Below, piece by piece: positions 35,996 through 48,381 of a DNA stretch of 64,000 bases. The first letter of the stretch is position 1. The number at the start of each line of letters is the position of its first letter. The translations under genes and the position numbers were made by a program. Source of the DNA: Kudoa neothunni (taxonomy: Eukaryota; Animalia; Cnidaria); assembly GCA_964304625.1 (NCBI GenBank), contig OZ199839.1, positions 2,885,223-2,949,222 on the forward strand, read 5' to 3'. The notes beneath the pieces were generated by a model. That model did not search any database. It was not told where the DNA came from and was given only the letters and a program-made list of their open reading frames with translations.

Positions 35996-38886
35996 TTAAT
36001 TCTGATTTTTTAAGTATCCAAAATAAATTCCCATTCCAATGACAACGATAGCAACTGGGACTACAACTGCTATAATTCTAAATATCAAAATTAAAACAAT
36101 AATTCCATGTTTCAATACATTGTATTTTTTGATCTAAAAACAATACAGAAATAATACTCACGTATTGCAACTTACACTGATTTGTTTGAGGTTTCACCTA
36201 TAATATTATTACTATTATAATTAGACAAAACACTGAATTATTACCTCTGTTAATTTCGCCAATTCCAAGGATGCTGGCATCTACACTAAGGAATACAGCT
36301 AAGTGATAATTGTTAATGTCTTCAACTTCATAAATGGTAAATTCTTTGCAAGGAGGAAACTTTGTACAACCTTCACCAACAACCATGCATTTTTTAACAA
36401 TTGGATTGGCTGAATCTTCAGAGTTTGATAATTTCCACTTGCATAAAGAATTTTCATCCACACCTTGGGGCAAAGTGGTTTTGATATTTAAAGTTTTTTT
36501 ATCGCGTGTTATCACCACCATTATTTGTTTTTTTGGATCGCTCGAAGCTGTAGGAAGTGGGTCTAGAATAAAACTCAATATAACATCAATAGATAAGATT
36601 TAATAATGTAAATAATTCCTTTCTTTTATTTATTATTGTGAGAAAATTTACTTTTAGGTATATTTATTGAGGTTTCATCAGACCTGCCTACAGCGGTCAC
36701 TAAAACCCGATATTCTTTTTCTGCTTCGTATCCTTCATTAAATATGATACTACTGCATAAGGGTAATGTTTGGCAAGATGGGATTTTAACATCAATAGCT
36801 GCGACCTTTCTACCAGCTGATTTTTTGTCTGCTGATCTAGCTACTCCAATTTTGGAAAGTGTTGATTTGAGAACAGTGCTTCCAGTTGAAGTTGGCGCTG
36901 GGCAATCGTACAACTTATCAAAAGTTTCGCCCTTTTTTACCATTACTTTGTATTGACACACTGCTTCAGGATAGGGAGAAGTCAACGAACCCATTACTTT
37001 GAAACCCTTGTCCAAAAAATGATGCTCGAGTGCGAGTGTTGACATTCCTTAGAATGTAATTATTTAAATTTATTTAAAAAATTTAATACCAGTTGCAATT
37101 TGATGAACCTTGAATCCATATTTTTCGTGCGCAACAACCTTGAGATCATATTCTGTTCCTGGAATTAATCCCACAATATGTTGAGGTTCCTTACAATATC
37201 CTCTGCAAGGATAACTGCCCACACACATTGCACAAACATATACATCCTTTCCGCGAGGACTAAGGTAGTACGCGCAAGTAACGTCAGTTTTAGAAATGGC
37301 TCCTGAATCAGTCAGTGCTTGGATGGAGAGTGAGATATCCTTCATTGTGGGTGTTACATCGGGGAATGTTGATCTGTCAGCTTTATCTAAATATCTTATA
37401 AATTGTATCAACTTTATTAAGCATACTTGTTCTAAAGAATATATGCTCTTTAAAATCAGTAGGGACATCATTACTAGAATCTGTCGTGGATGCAGCAATT
37501 TCAAGAATATAAGGTTTTCCACCTTCAAGTTGGGATATTGTTAAGGTTCCAGCACAAGATGTAACACAAGCATTATCTTCAGTTGCACATTTCGCCCTCG
37601 TATTAGTGGTAGCAGGTTCAGGAAGGGGTTTATCCGCAGCGTAATAACTTACAGTACATAAACTGAATTTTGGTTTAGTTTCTGGATTAAATAATTGTAC
37701 ATTTAATGTAACACCAGTAGCAGAGTGAGCCGATAATAATTCGGCGGCACCAGTTGCACCAATAGTTTCACTAACAACTAAATAATGTTATTAAATTATA
37801 ATTATTATAACTACCGAATTTCTTTTGTGTGTATCCAAGATAACTGCCTTCTTTTTTTTGTAATGGAAAATGTCTTGATTGTATCAATATTTCAACTACT
37901 GATATAGATTTTTCAAAATTGAGTTCTACATCATCACAAGGTGCATAACATTCTTTGCCTGTTCCTCCGCAATCTGATGTATAATCACTGACACTATTTG
38001 CTGTAATTTGTTTAGATTCTAGCTTTATACTAAACTTGCAAATTTCGAAAGGAAATTTATTGGTGAATTTAAGTAGGTATTTATTTTTTTCTGCATGATT
38101 AAATTTCACATAGTACTGTGGTATATAAACGTCTGTTTTCAATAAGGTGTATTTATTTTGCAATTTATAAAAGAAACTTGGATAGTTTTTGCATCTCATT
38201 TCATAATGAGGTATCATTAAATCAAATTCTACTTCGTTATTTGTATTATTGTCAATACAAGTATTTCCGGCCGCTCCGTCAGTATATAGGACATCCCTGT
38301 AATAAATTGGACATGCGACTTTTTCACATGTTTTGGTGTTCAGTTTTAATTTTTGTTCGTGTGTAATTATTGTTACTTGTGGATTCACGAGTAAAGCTAT
38401 AAGATTTGATAAAAAAACTTAAGTACAAAACAATTACGTATGTCAAAACCAAAAACAGTTGCGTCCGTACTTTTTGTATCAGCCGATGTAGCGACGTTTG
38501 AGAAATAAACTCCGACATACTTTGTTCTTGGTGAAAATTTATCGTATGTTAATTTGTTATCATTTCTATCGCAAGTTATAACACATTTAGCAGGTGCGCT
38601 AGTGCGCTCAGTATTGGGGCAAGCATCGATATCTGTAAAATCATCATTATCATCGTTTGATTTTTTTATACGGCAGTGATTAGTCGAGGTGTATACGCCC
38701 CCACTCAGCCTTAAGTGAACCTTCATGTCATTAACATCTTTCATCAATTTATAGGTGAGAGAGTTTGGTGTTTGTGTTGTCTCGACCAGTACAACTTTCA
38801 CTAATTTAGGTTAAAAACTTTCAAAACTTGAAAATTTTACAAATAAAGGTAAAAAATATTCCCGTGGAGTATAAAACATCCTTCAT
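35996..38886 (-). CDS. Cys-rich FN3-like repeat type-I membrane protein B (intact, 823 aa)
   Basis: Exons 38886-38841 (signal peptide MKDVLYSTGIFFTFI), 38800-38438, 38396-37815, 37777-37427, 37386-37090, 37047-36652, 36562-36245, 36197-36176, 36133-36119 and 36077-35996, totalling 2472 nt in an open frame. FN3 signature GLIPGTEYDLKVVA and LEGGKPYILEIAA. TM IIIAVVVPVAIVVIGMGIYFGYL, tail KNQN. Confidence 0.88.
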
Positions 38887-38897
38887 GTTATTTTAAA

Positions 38898-38920
38898 TAA
38901 TCCTTAACGAAAATTATCGG
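38898..38920 (-). promoter_or_regulatory. GATAA + TTTCGTTAAGGATTA motif upstream of gene B
   Basis: 14/15 identical to the P4 upstream motif TTTCGTTCAGGATTA; it ends 11 nt before the ATG. Confidence 0.45.
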
Positions 38921-40077
38921 TTCATTCAAGTCAGCTCAATTATTATTTTCTATGAATTATATGCATTACATAAGAAATCACCTTTCGGTATTAACTTATC
39001 TCTGTCAAATACACTTTTCACAACCAACTAGATATTATTAGTTAAAGCTTTAAAATAAAAAAATTCGGATAAATATTTTATAAGACGATATATTTTTGGC
39101 CTACTTAGTCAGATTTTTAATTTACCGCTGCGATTTAAGATTTGTTTTATAACCTACTAAAAATTTTAATATAAGATGATAAAAATAAATCAAATCTATC
39201 AAATATAATTGAAAAGTTTTAATTTATTTTTCTAAATTTGAAAAATCTAATTGGCTAAAGGTATATTTTCAACATATGATCTGACGCTGATTTAAATATA
39301 ATTTTTCTTAAAAATTGGTTTAACACCAAAAATCCTCATGAATCGTTTTAAAGACATGTGTAGACCTTGAATCAATATTTATTCTTCAAAATATTAAGAA
39401 AAATCATGAGCAAATAATTATCTAAATAAAAAGGAAAAGGATTTCATTGTAAAAACATTTGAAAATTACAATAACTTGGGGTTATGAAATCTTACTCTTT
39501 AGCAATTAGAATCAGAAATTGTATTGTTAAACTTATATAATAATAAGAAAAAAAAATCTTCATCGGATTTCAATATATTTTAATTTCCTAATAATAATAG
39601 AAGAAAAATTCTCATTACACAATCCAAAAACACAAAAACAATAATCATAATTCAAAATTATAAGGTTGTAAAGCCAAAATTAAATCTACTTACTGTTTTT
39701 ATCGAATCTATGAAAATCAAAATTTGTAACTAAAGATGCAAATAGATATAATCATTTAAATAATTTAATATTGTCACATGACTTTGTGATTTCATTAGTT
39801 GAGTTTCAAGTTATTCTCCATATAAATTCCACATCAACAAAAAATTTTATTGTGCGTTTTCTACAAAATCATAGAGACTCATAGGGAAATATGGTCTTCG
39901 ATTTAGTCACGAGTGGGTGCATTATTCATTCTTTCAAATATATGGTTGCAGCCCCCTTACTCTAGATATTACTTAAAAGCCCTTTTGCAAAAAAATTTAA
40001 ACTCCCCAGCTTATGTTGTAATATTAAAATTCCATATTTATTCGGTTAATTGATAATTCTTGAAAGTAGCTCATAAA

Positions 40078-40235
40078 TATAATTGAACCTCGTTTATCTA
40101 TCCGGATGATTTTATAAAATTTATTTGAAGTTGACGTATATTCCAAATAAAAAAATTTCGATTAACCGAAGCTTGAATATCCGAAAGGAAAATGCTAGGT
40201 ACCGAAATTTTAGGAAAATCGGGGTTCGGTTTTAT
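40078..40235. mobile_element. pogo/Tigger-family MITE
   Basis: Inverted ends attgaacctcgtttatc / aaaatcggggttcggtt. 40160-40230 is a diverged reverse-complement copy of 2853-2923. Confidence 0.7.
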
Positions 40236-42748
40236 ACCGTTGGTAGAGTAATGAGAAAGAAAAAAATGTAATTTTTTATTTATTAAACTTTCAAATGGCA
40301 GGTTGAGTCAACTGACCTAATTTTAATCTGCGTATTTTAATAAGATTTTTGAATTTAATAAATGAATTTAAGTGATAATACAAAAAGATTGCTTAAGTTA
40401 TTCAGTTAGGATATTTTTGTTGCTTTAAATCCGGAATCAACTTACGGCGGTGAAAATAACTTTGATATTTGAATGGATATAAAATATGTAAAAAACATCA
40501 TCTAAGAGGTTAATTAGAATAAGTGTTACCTATAGCTAAAATATAATATACGATATTCCAATTTATTTATAAATTATATAAAAATTTATTATTGAACCAT
40601 AAAATTAAATATTTATCCCATTATAATCTCATTTTATTTTATAAATTTATCAACATTTTTATGACATTTATATAAATGAAATATATTCATTATGTAAAAT
40701 ATAAAATACAACACATGAATTATTTTGTATTTTTGTAAAAATAATTAAACAATAAGAAAATATTGACAATTTAAGAATTAATTCATAACGTATATTTTTT
40801 GACATTGTTTGGAGGACATCGCTAAAATATATAGTGAAATTATAACATTTTCGTTATTCATTTTTCATACTGTTAGATATAAAGATCTTATACGACATAA
40901 TAATAATAAAATATTTATTTTAGTTAGTTCGGTGGGATTAAATTTAGGTAAAATTTGAGACTTGATATTTATTACCATGAATGTAAATTTTAAAAACTTA
41001 TTAAATAACTAAATAGAATTAAGCTCAAATTTTTTATTTTAATGGTTTGGCGATTCATTCAACTTAGGTAAACAATATGTCAATGTGTACTAGGTCAACC
41101 ATTTATTTTAATGTTTCATGAGCTAACCTCATTATGCATATAATAAATATAAGCAAATACTTAAATTAATAAATAACAGAATATAAGTGAAAACTAATGA
41201 AGAGAGGATGGGCACCTGGACCGTATTATTCTTTGCAAATTAATTACGCATGCGCATTGTGTTTTGATTTAAATTCATGAACAAACCTTATGCGCTGAAA
41301 TTTAATTCTTATATATTATTTTATTTAAAAGAAAAATGTGGTGACGATTTTTTCGATTGTGTTATGAATTATCGCATTTTTATGAAGCATCTATTCGAAT
41401 AATGTTTACTTGCAGAGTAACTAAAAAATTCCTAAATAAGTCATCTCATTCGTTAAATAAAAGTAACGAAAAACTTTTATTACATTCCCATCAAATCCAA
41501 TGAGAAAAATTTTAATTATTTTGGACAGAAGGTATAACATATTTCAATCACAAAAATACAACTAATGTGGACAAAAAAATACTATTAATTAGAGATTATA
41601 ATTTCTAAGATTCAAAATTCAAAATTTAGAGTGCCTTCGTGAGCATTATCATGGTTTATAATTACTGCAATTTTAATTACTGAAGAATGCACTAACATTC
41701 TAATTTATAACTATCCACAGTTACATAAGCGCTAACCTATACAAAAATATTAAAAAACAATATTAAAGCCCAAAACAAGAGATAAAAAGTATCTATTTAT
41801 ATATTTTTAATATTGTTCAAATAAAGTTATTCAATTTTTTATTTTAAAAGTTCGCATATAGGTCCCAAAAAGGATTACGATTGCATGGGCTGGTAAAAAT
41901 AACCACCGCCTTTAATATCATTTTAAATGATTATATCATAAACAGATTATAACTCAGCTTAAAATGTAAATACGTGACGTCACCTTCAATTTTTGATAGT
42001 ATTATCTCAGTCGGCAAAGCTACAGTATTGTGTAATCACATCTAAAACCTTACTTAAAGATTGGGCGCCGCTCTTTTGGTTGCGTAATTGTTGATCTATC
42101 CATACATGTTGAATTTTAATGTTGGTGTTAACTATAGAACAAAAGAGATGGTTTCATAAAATATTAATTATCCCATGTGGTTCTTGATTAAAATTAATAT
42201 TAATTCCATTCACCTCTAAGGTAACTACGGTACATCCTTGTAGATTTCAAATTATAATCCGTTGGTACAGCTTATTTATCCAATGTTTGAGAGTGAGAGT
42301 AACGCGTTAAAATCGCGATTAAATTATATATTTAAATGGATAGAATATTTTTCGTTATTTTTAAAATATTTTATAACCCACGCTATGATCCATGAGGTCA
42401 TATCCTTTGTATTTATAAATGCTACATTTAGAGTATTAACTTTATATCGTTGTTCTCACTTTTAAAAGGGTTATTATTTTTTCGGTAGGTTCCGAAAATA
42501 AACTACATTTCATGACACGAACACACCAATACAGTATTGGAAATATCATATAAACGAATTTTAAATTTAAAAAAATTTACTCTTAAAAATATAAAACACA
42601 TCCAATACATCCTATTATACATGATTCAAATAAATGTTTCTTTATCAGTGCGTAGATAAGGTAATCGTGTAGATAACGTATTATCCCGGTCAATTATTAT
42701 TAGGAAACATTCGTTTGGGATTATAAATAAAATAGTTTATACGGTAGG

Positions 42749-43162
42749 ATGGGTGAATGGAATAGCAGCTTGTGTGAATGTGGAAGCGATATCATAACCC
42801 AAGTGTTGGCCTGTTTTGTGCCTTGTTTTGTGTTTGGAAAAAACATGGAAAAACATGGTGACAGTTGTATTGTTTGTGGAGCTGCTTCTCTTCTATGTCC
42901 AATTATTTTTGAATGTATTGGGCGCCAAAAGACCAGGGATCTCTATGGAATTGATGTGTGTTGTAGCTTTGTGCAACTTGGAGTTATCAATCGATTTTAG
43001 GGGTCGCTTTGCAATGATTTCTGTATAAGTTGCTGCTGTTTGCCTTGCTCTCTACGTCAACAACACGTCGTAATTTTCTTCTATTTCTCTCTCTCTCTCA
43101 TTTTCATTAAAACATTGTAGCAACTAAGTCAAGCACCCCAACAGTCGAATATGAGACGTTAA
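42749..43162 (+). CDS. PLAC8/cornifelin-family protein, copy P5 (intact, 105 aa)
   Basis: Exons 42749-42955, 43001-43069 (GSLCNDFCISCCCLPCSLRQQHV) and 43121-43162 (QLSQAPQQSNMRR*). Confidence 0.93.
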
Positions 43163-46125
43163 TTCTGCAAACTAGTTTTGATGACTTATTGTTTTTGATT
43201 ATTTTCGTTGTTGAGTTAATACTTTAACTCGCTGAATTTAAAAATGACTGTTTTTGCGTCACCGATGTTACCTATCTGCACGTTGTTTAGCTTTAGCGTT
43301 TCCCTTGCCATTGCGTCGTGTACTATGTACACTAGGTGGCAGTTGATATACCTAAAATCAGCGTGATAACTAAAAAGAGTAATAAATTATTTTATCGTTT
43401 TAAATTTTATGAATATATGAGTTACATTATGCATTCTCAATTTGGGACTATTTTCTGATGAGTTACCGGTTACCACCTGTCTACATTATTTTTTTAAACA
43501 AGTTAATTTAGGACATTAAAATAACCTAGTTAAGTTTTTTATCTGGAAGTTTGTAATTGTAGTGATTTTTAAGTATTGTTATCTTAAACAAAGCGATTAA
43601 ATATATTCCTCCTTTACTATCATCGATGTCGATTGATCTACTTAGTTGTCAATCATTTTAATCCATTATTCCGTAATTAATAGCCAAAAATATCTTTTCT
43701 TTGATAAAAATATCGAAAGAATAGGAATATAAATACTTAAGATAAGTTTTATTATTCTTATTCTGAAGAGGAATTCAATTATTTCCATGAACCATTTTCT
43801 TATGAAAAGCGAAGATTTTAACAGGTTTTTTCATGTGGGCCTAATCGCACCGCATTATTATACACGCTGGATAACATTTTTCAATGTTCTGTTTTTTGCA
43901 AAAAATCATTCCCCTTAGTCACAACAGCATAGAATACTGATTTCAGTAAATCAAATTATGTGCTTCTATAAATCATTAGAAACGAAAAAATAATTTTATA
44001 AGAAATATTTGTATGTAAAAGATTATTAAAACTAAGAATGTACATTTTTGAGATGTCACAGTTGGGTATGCAAAGAAATATTGAAAATATTGCATTAAAT
44101 GAAACTGGAGAGATGGAAGAGATAGGTTAAAACATAATCTAGGACTTTCAGATAACGAGTTCAAAAAATTCATTCTCAGTAACATAGTCAAAGAATAAAC
44201 TGATAATCTTGAATAAGCAATAAATAAAGTATATTCAATGGATACTTACTGCTTGAACACTTATGGACTTCTTATATTTTGAAAGAAAATCAATTTATAG
44301 GAATATAGGAATTTATAGGAAAAACAATGCAATCGATGTTAACCATGAAACAAGTCTTTTCGTATTGAGAAATTAGTAGTACATGATTCTTCTACGAATG
44401 GCCTTAACCGACTTATTATACTTAATGCACTCCAAAATTTAATTCATCTAAATAAAGCTTTTGTTTGAATATCTGATGAAATTTTAAAGTATTCCAATAC
44501 GAGTTATGACGGATATATGTAATTCTCGGAAAATTATTCAGGAAGGGTTTTCCATTAGTGTACATATTCAAGACAACACGAACGGAGATTAAGTATAATA
44601 AAGTTTTAACTATTTTAAATATGACGTCGTAGTTTTTCCTGTATATTTAATGATACAATTCGAAATCAAATCCCTTTACTCGTTAAAAAGGATATCTGCA
44701 AACAACTTCATAAGATTTTGTTTGTTTAAATTCGGTCGATATATTTGAAGACGAATTCAAAAGGAAGGATTTTCGATTTTTTCCAGTGATATTGACTTTG
44801 AGAGGTATACAACCTGCTTCCTCTCGTTAACATTTGTTCCCAAAGGACTTATAAAAGATGAATTTCAAAAATAAGAGAACGAGATAAATCAATTATCTGA
44901 CATTAATTTTGATTCTTTCGTTAGTTAATCCAAAAAATATTTTTTTAAATCAATAAAATTTCTATTAAAATGCTTTTTAATGCTTATTACCGCATTAAAG
45001 ATTTGATTAGTTAAACCCTCGAATGTATTAAAAATCAACTGCACTCCGATGAATTTTGGGGTAAAAAGTTACCCCAGATTTTTATTTCTCCATTCGAACC
45101 ATAAAAAATATTTCACCTTAAAAAATAAAAATTTAAAAAATTCCAAGGCTAGATTCAGTTGTAAAACAACTAACATTACGAGCAGTAATCCACAAAATCC
45201 TACGAAAACTGTATTCGTTAAAGACCGCAATGACGAATTTTTATTAACGCTTAATGTTTGAGTAAATTTCACATTTATATCATGTAATAAATATTTTAAT
45301 TATTATTTGCGCAACAAAATATAACATTTAATGAGAATAAGATTCGCATACACTCAGAATGATTTTTGTAACAGTTTCATACACCTGAAACAAGCTGTAG
45401 TGGGTTTCTCATCAATTCGCCGTAAAGAACATTCAAACCTTGAAAATATTGTTTATTTACTTGGTGTGCTGAGTTATAGTAGAATCGATAAGGTTTAGCT
45501 CTTGGGATTTTGGGCTTCAAGGATGTTTCTTTCCATTAATGGAAAGATATAGTAACTTTGCCACTTTTCAAAAACTTTCTCATAACCGTGTTATCTCAAA
45601 AGTTTTTTTTTGTAAATGAAACACTTATTTATAAATAATAAAAACATTAAATGGAAAAACATCACCATAGGCCGTCATTACTGATTGTGGATTGACCCGA
45701 ATTCTCAAAATTTTCATTCTCGTCAGATTCTTACGACATATCAGTCGTAAAGCATTCATAATCAATTTTTACGAATTTTATTCATAATTTTAATTATTAT
45801 CGGTGAAATCCACCTCAATTATCGCAATGTAAAAAGTAAAAAAGAAAGTCACGTTACATTATATTAAGTCGCTATATCCAGGTCCGACCGTATTACGAAC
45901 ATGAATTTTAATATTTTTTTAGTATCGATTAAACCTATATTTACAATCATAATATTTAATCTTGAATACGATTAGCCAATTATTTTTGCTATATTTACTA
46001 AATTAAAATGTTTTATTCAATTTAATTTTAATATAAACGGTTGCAAATTAAATTCTTTTACCAATACGAAATCTTCTGAAAATCGAAAAGAATCGGTTAT
46101 CTACTATAATCAATTCAAAATTTAA

Positions 46126-47113
46126 TCTTCTAAATAAAATGGGGTAGATTTCTACCGCATTTGAGTGAATTTTTCCAACAATATTATAGTGTATTAACGG
46201 AACATAACTCCTCTCCAGTTTTTGTAATATTATCTTTATAAATGCTTCCAGAGAAGTGAATTGAAATTTTTTTCCCGTATACCAAAAAATTTAATGAAAA
46301 AACATCTTACAAATAAAATTGGGGTAAAAATTTACCCCACATTTTCCTTTCATAAAACTGTTTAAAATGTTGATAAATGTAATTTTTATTAATTAACGGA
46401 AATTCTATCGAGTAAATAATGAATAAATAAGGAAACACTATACATGATATGCCAGCCCGCATGCGCAAACATCGATATAAGCAGGTCATCCTCTCCTGAA
46501 TACAACGATAGCTCCTTATTCTCTCATTATTCTTATACTAGTTATTCAAAGTATGATGGCTTTTCCTCAGTTTTCTTGGGTCTGCGTTGAAGAGAGAATC
46601 CCAAAACATATGGGAAAACTGTTAATCAGTATTCTTAGTTTCGTATTGCAGCGAGCATTCGAAAAACATATGATATAATTTTTCAACAGTTTGACAATTT
46701 TCGTGTTTTAGATAGAGTTTAAAAAATATATGATAACTTTTATGTCAAATAAACACTGCTTCCCATCATTTTGTGTTTTTCTGCTCAGTATTAAACTGCG
46801 TAGTTCGACATAGGATAAATTAATTGGGAACAGTTATAAAACTTGAATTAAATTCTAAAACCAAAAAACACACAAATACACCTATAAATTCAATCTTTCT
46901 CCAAAGAAACGTGACAACATTAATGTATGAGCATGCATATAAAAATATAACTTTAATAATTGGTCATTTATTCAAAATTGATTCAATGAATTTTCCTCTT
47001 GTTTTGTCAGTCAATGCTGACGTTTATTTGAGACAATTTTATCAAATAAAAAAAGGGGTAGATTTCTACCTTATTTTTATTTGGAGGTGTAAATTTTTGA
47101 GCTACTTAGAAGG
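46126..47113. mobile_element. piggyBac-type MITE
   Basis: ttaa-tcttcta ... tagaagg-ctaa, with repeated aaataaaa(t)ggggtaratttntacc subterminal units at ~46132, ~46311 and ~47044. Confidence 0.7.
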
Positions 47114-47980
47114 CTAATTATATAAAGTTGAATATTCCATTTTTCGACTTTTAATATTTGTATTTTAATTAATATTTCATATTTTGATAGAGGCTTGGGA
47201 TTGCCTACGATTTGAACCCAAAATAGTAAATAAGATGAATACAAGGCGTCACGAACAATGTTTGATTGTATTAGCCTATTCGGAAAATCCACTGTATTAT
47301 ATAATCACAACAAACACCTTTTTTGAGATTGAACACTATTAGTTGAGGTGTATTAATATTACTAACGGTTTAAGCTATACATATAGAATTTAATGGTTGA
47401 TTTTATCTCCAACTAAAACAGACCCACTTGATAAAATGCCAATTTAAGAAGTATGGTTCATAATAATAAAGAATGTTAATTATTCATATTTTCTAAGGTC
47501 ATTATGGCATATTATTGTATTTTTCAGGTTTAATCTTGTTCTACAATCAATTTATCTTAATTTTAATAGTTGGGATAAAACGTCACAATTACCAAGCCAT
47601 ACATTTATATGTTTGTCATTTTCTGTATTTACGTTAAAAATACATTGGAAAATATTATATTCAAAGCATTAACTTTACACGATCCTTCCACCCTTCATGA
47701 AGTGTTTGATACGATTGTTACATACTCGGGAAATAAACTATACTTTATGATGTAGATCACTATTAGAGCAGTAAAAATAACAACCATTTGATGTTTGACA
47801 TTATGAACAAATCTATTACCAAAAATAGGAAACATTATACTTATTTATTAGCCGTAAGTCGTAAAATCATTTCTGGATCAATATGGATGAAAGTAGTCCT
47901 GTAGATATCGTATTATCCTAGTCAATCTTAACCACGAAACCTTCCTTCAGGATTAAATATTTAATAATTGTTAGAGTAAG

Positions 47981-48381
47981 ATGGGTGAATGGAATAATAA
48001 CTTGTTTGACTGTGGTAGCGATTGTTTAACCCAAACATTGGCTTTTTTGCGCCTTGTTATGTGTTTGGGAGAAATATGAAAAAGCGTGATGAAAATTTCT
48101 TCATTTGGTGTTGTGTTTCGTGGTGGTTCCCAGGTATATTCGAATGCTTTGGACGCCAAAAGACAAGACGCGCTTATGGAATCGATCTCAGTTATGGCTA
48201 GTTGATAATTGGATTCATTTAATGATTTTAGGGTTCGCTTTGTAATGATATATGTGTGAGTTGGTTTTGTTATTCTTGTTCTCTCCGTCAACAGCACGTC
48301 GTAACTTTTACCATTTTTATCCCATTTATAGTAAAATATGTAGCAACTGAATCTCCTATACAGTCGAATATGACACGTTAA
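47981..48381 (+). pseudogene. PLAC8-family pseudogene, copy P6
   Basis: Homologous exons 47981-48186 (206 nt, -1), 48232-48300 and 48344-48381 (38 nt, -4). The intron-1 donor is mutated GT>CT. Confidence 0.88.

Noticed and set aside
43950-45800. Possible host gene or transposase on the minus strand between P5 and P6
   Set aside because: It has a coding-like texture and piggyBac-like palindromes near 45060, but I could not build a continuous frame or find a diagnostic motif.
47971-48297. 108-aa minus-strand ORF
   Set aside because: It is the antisense shadow of the PLAC8 pseudogene P6.
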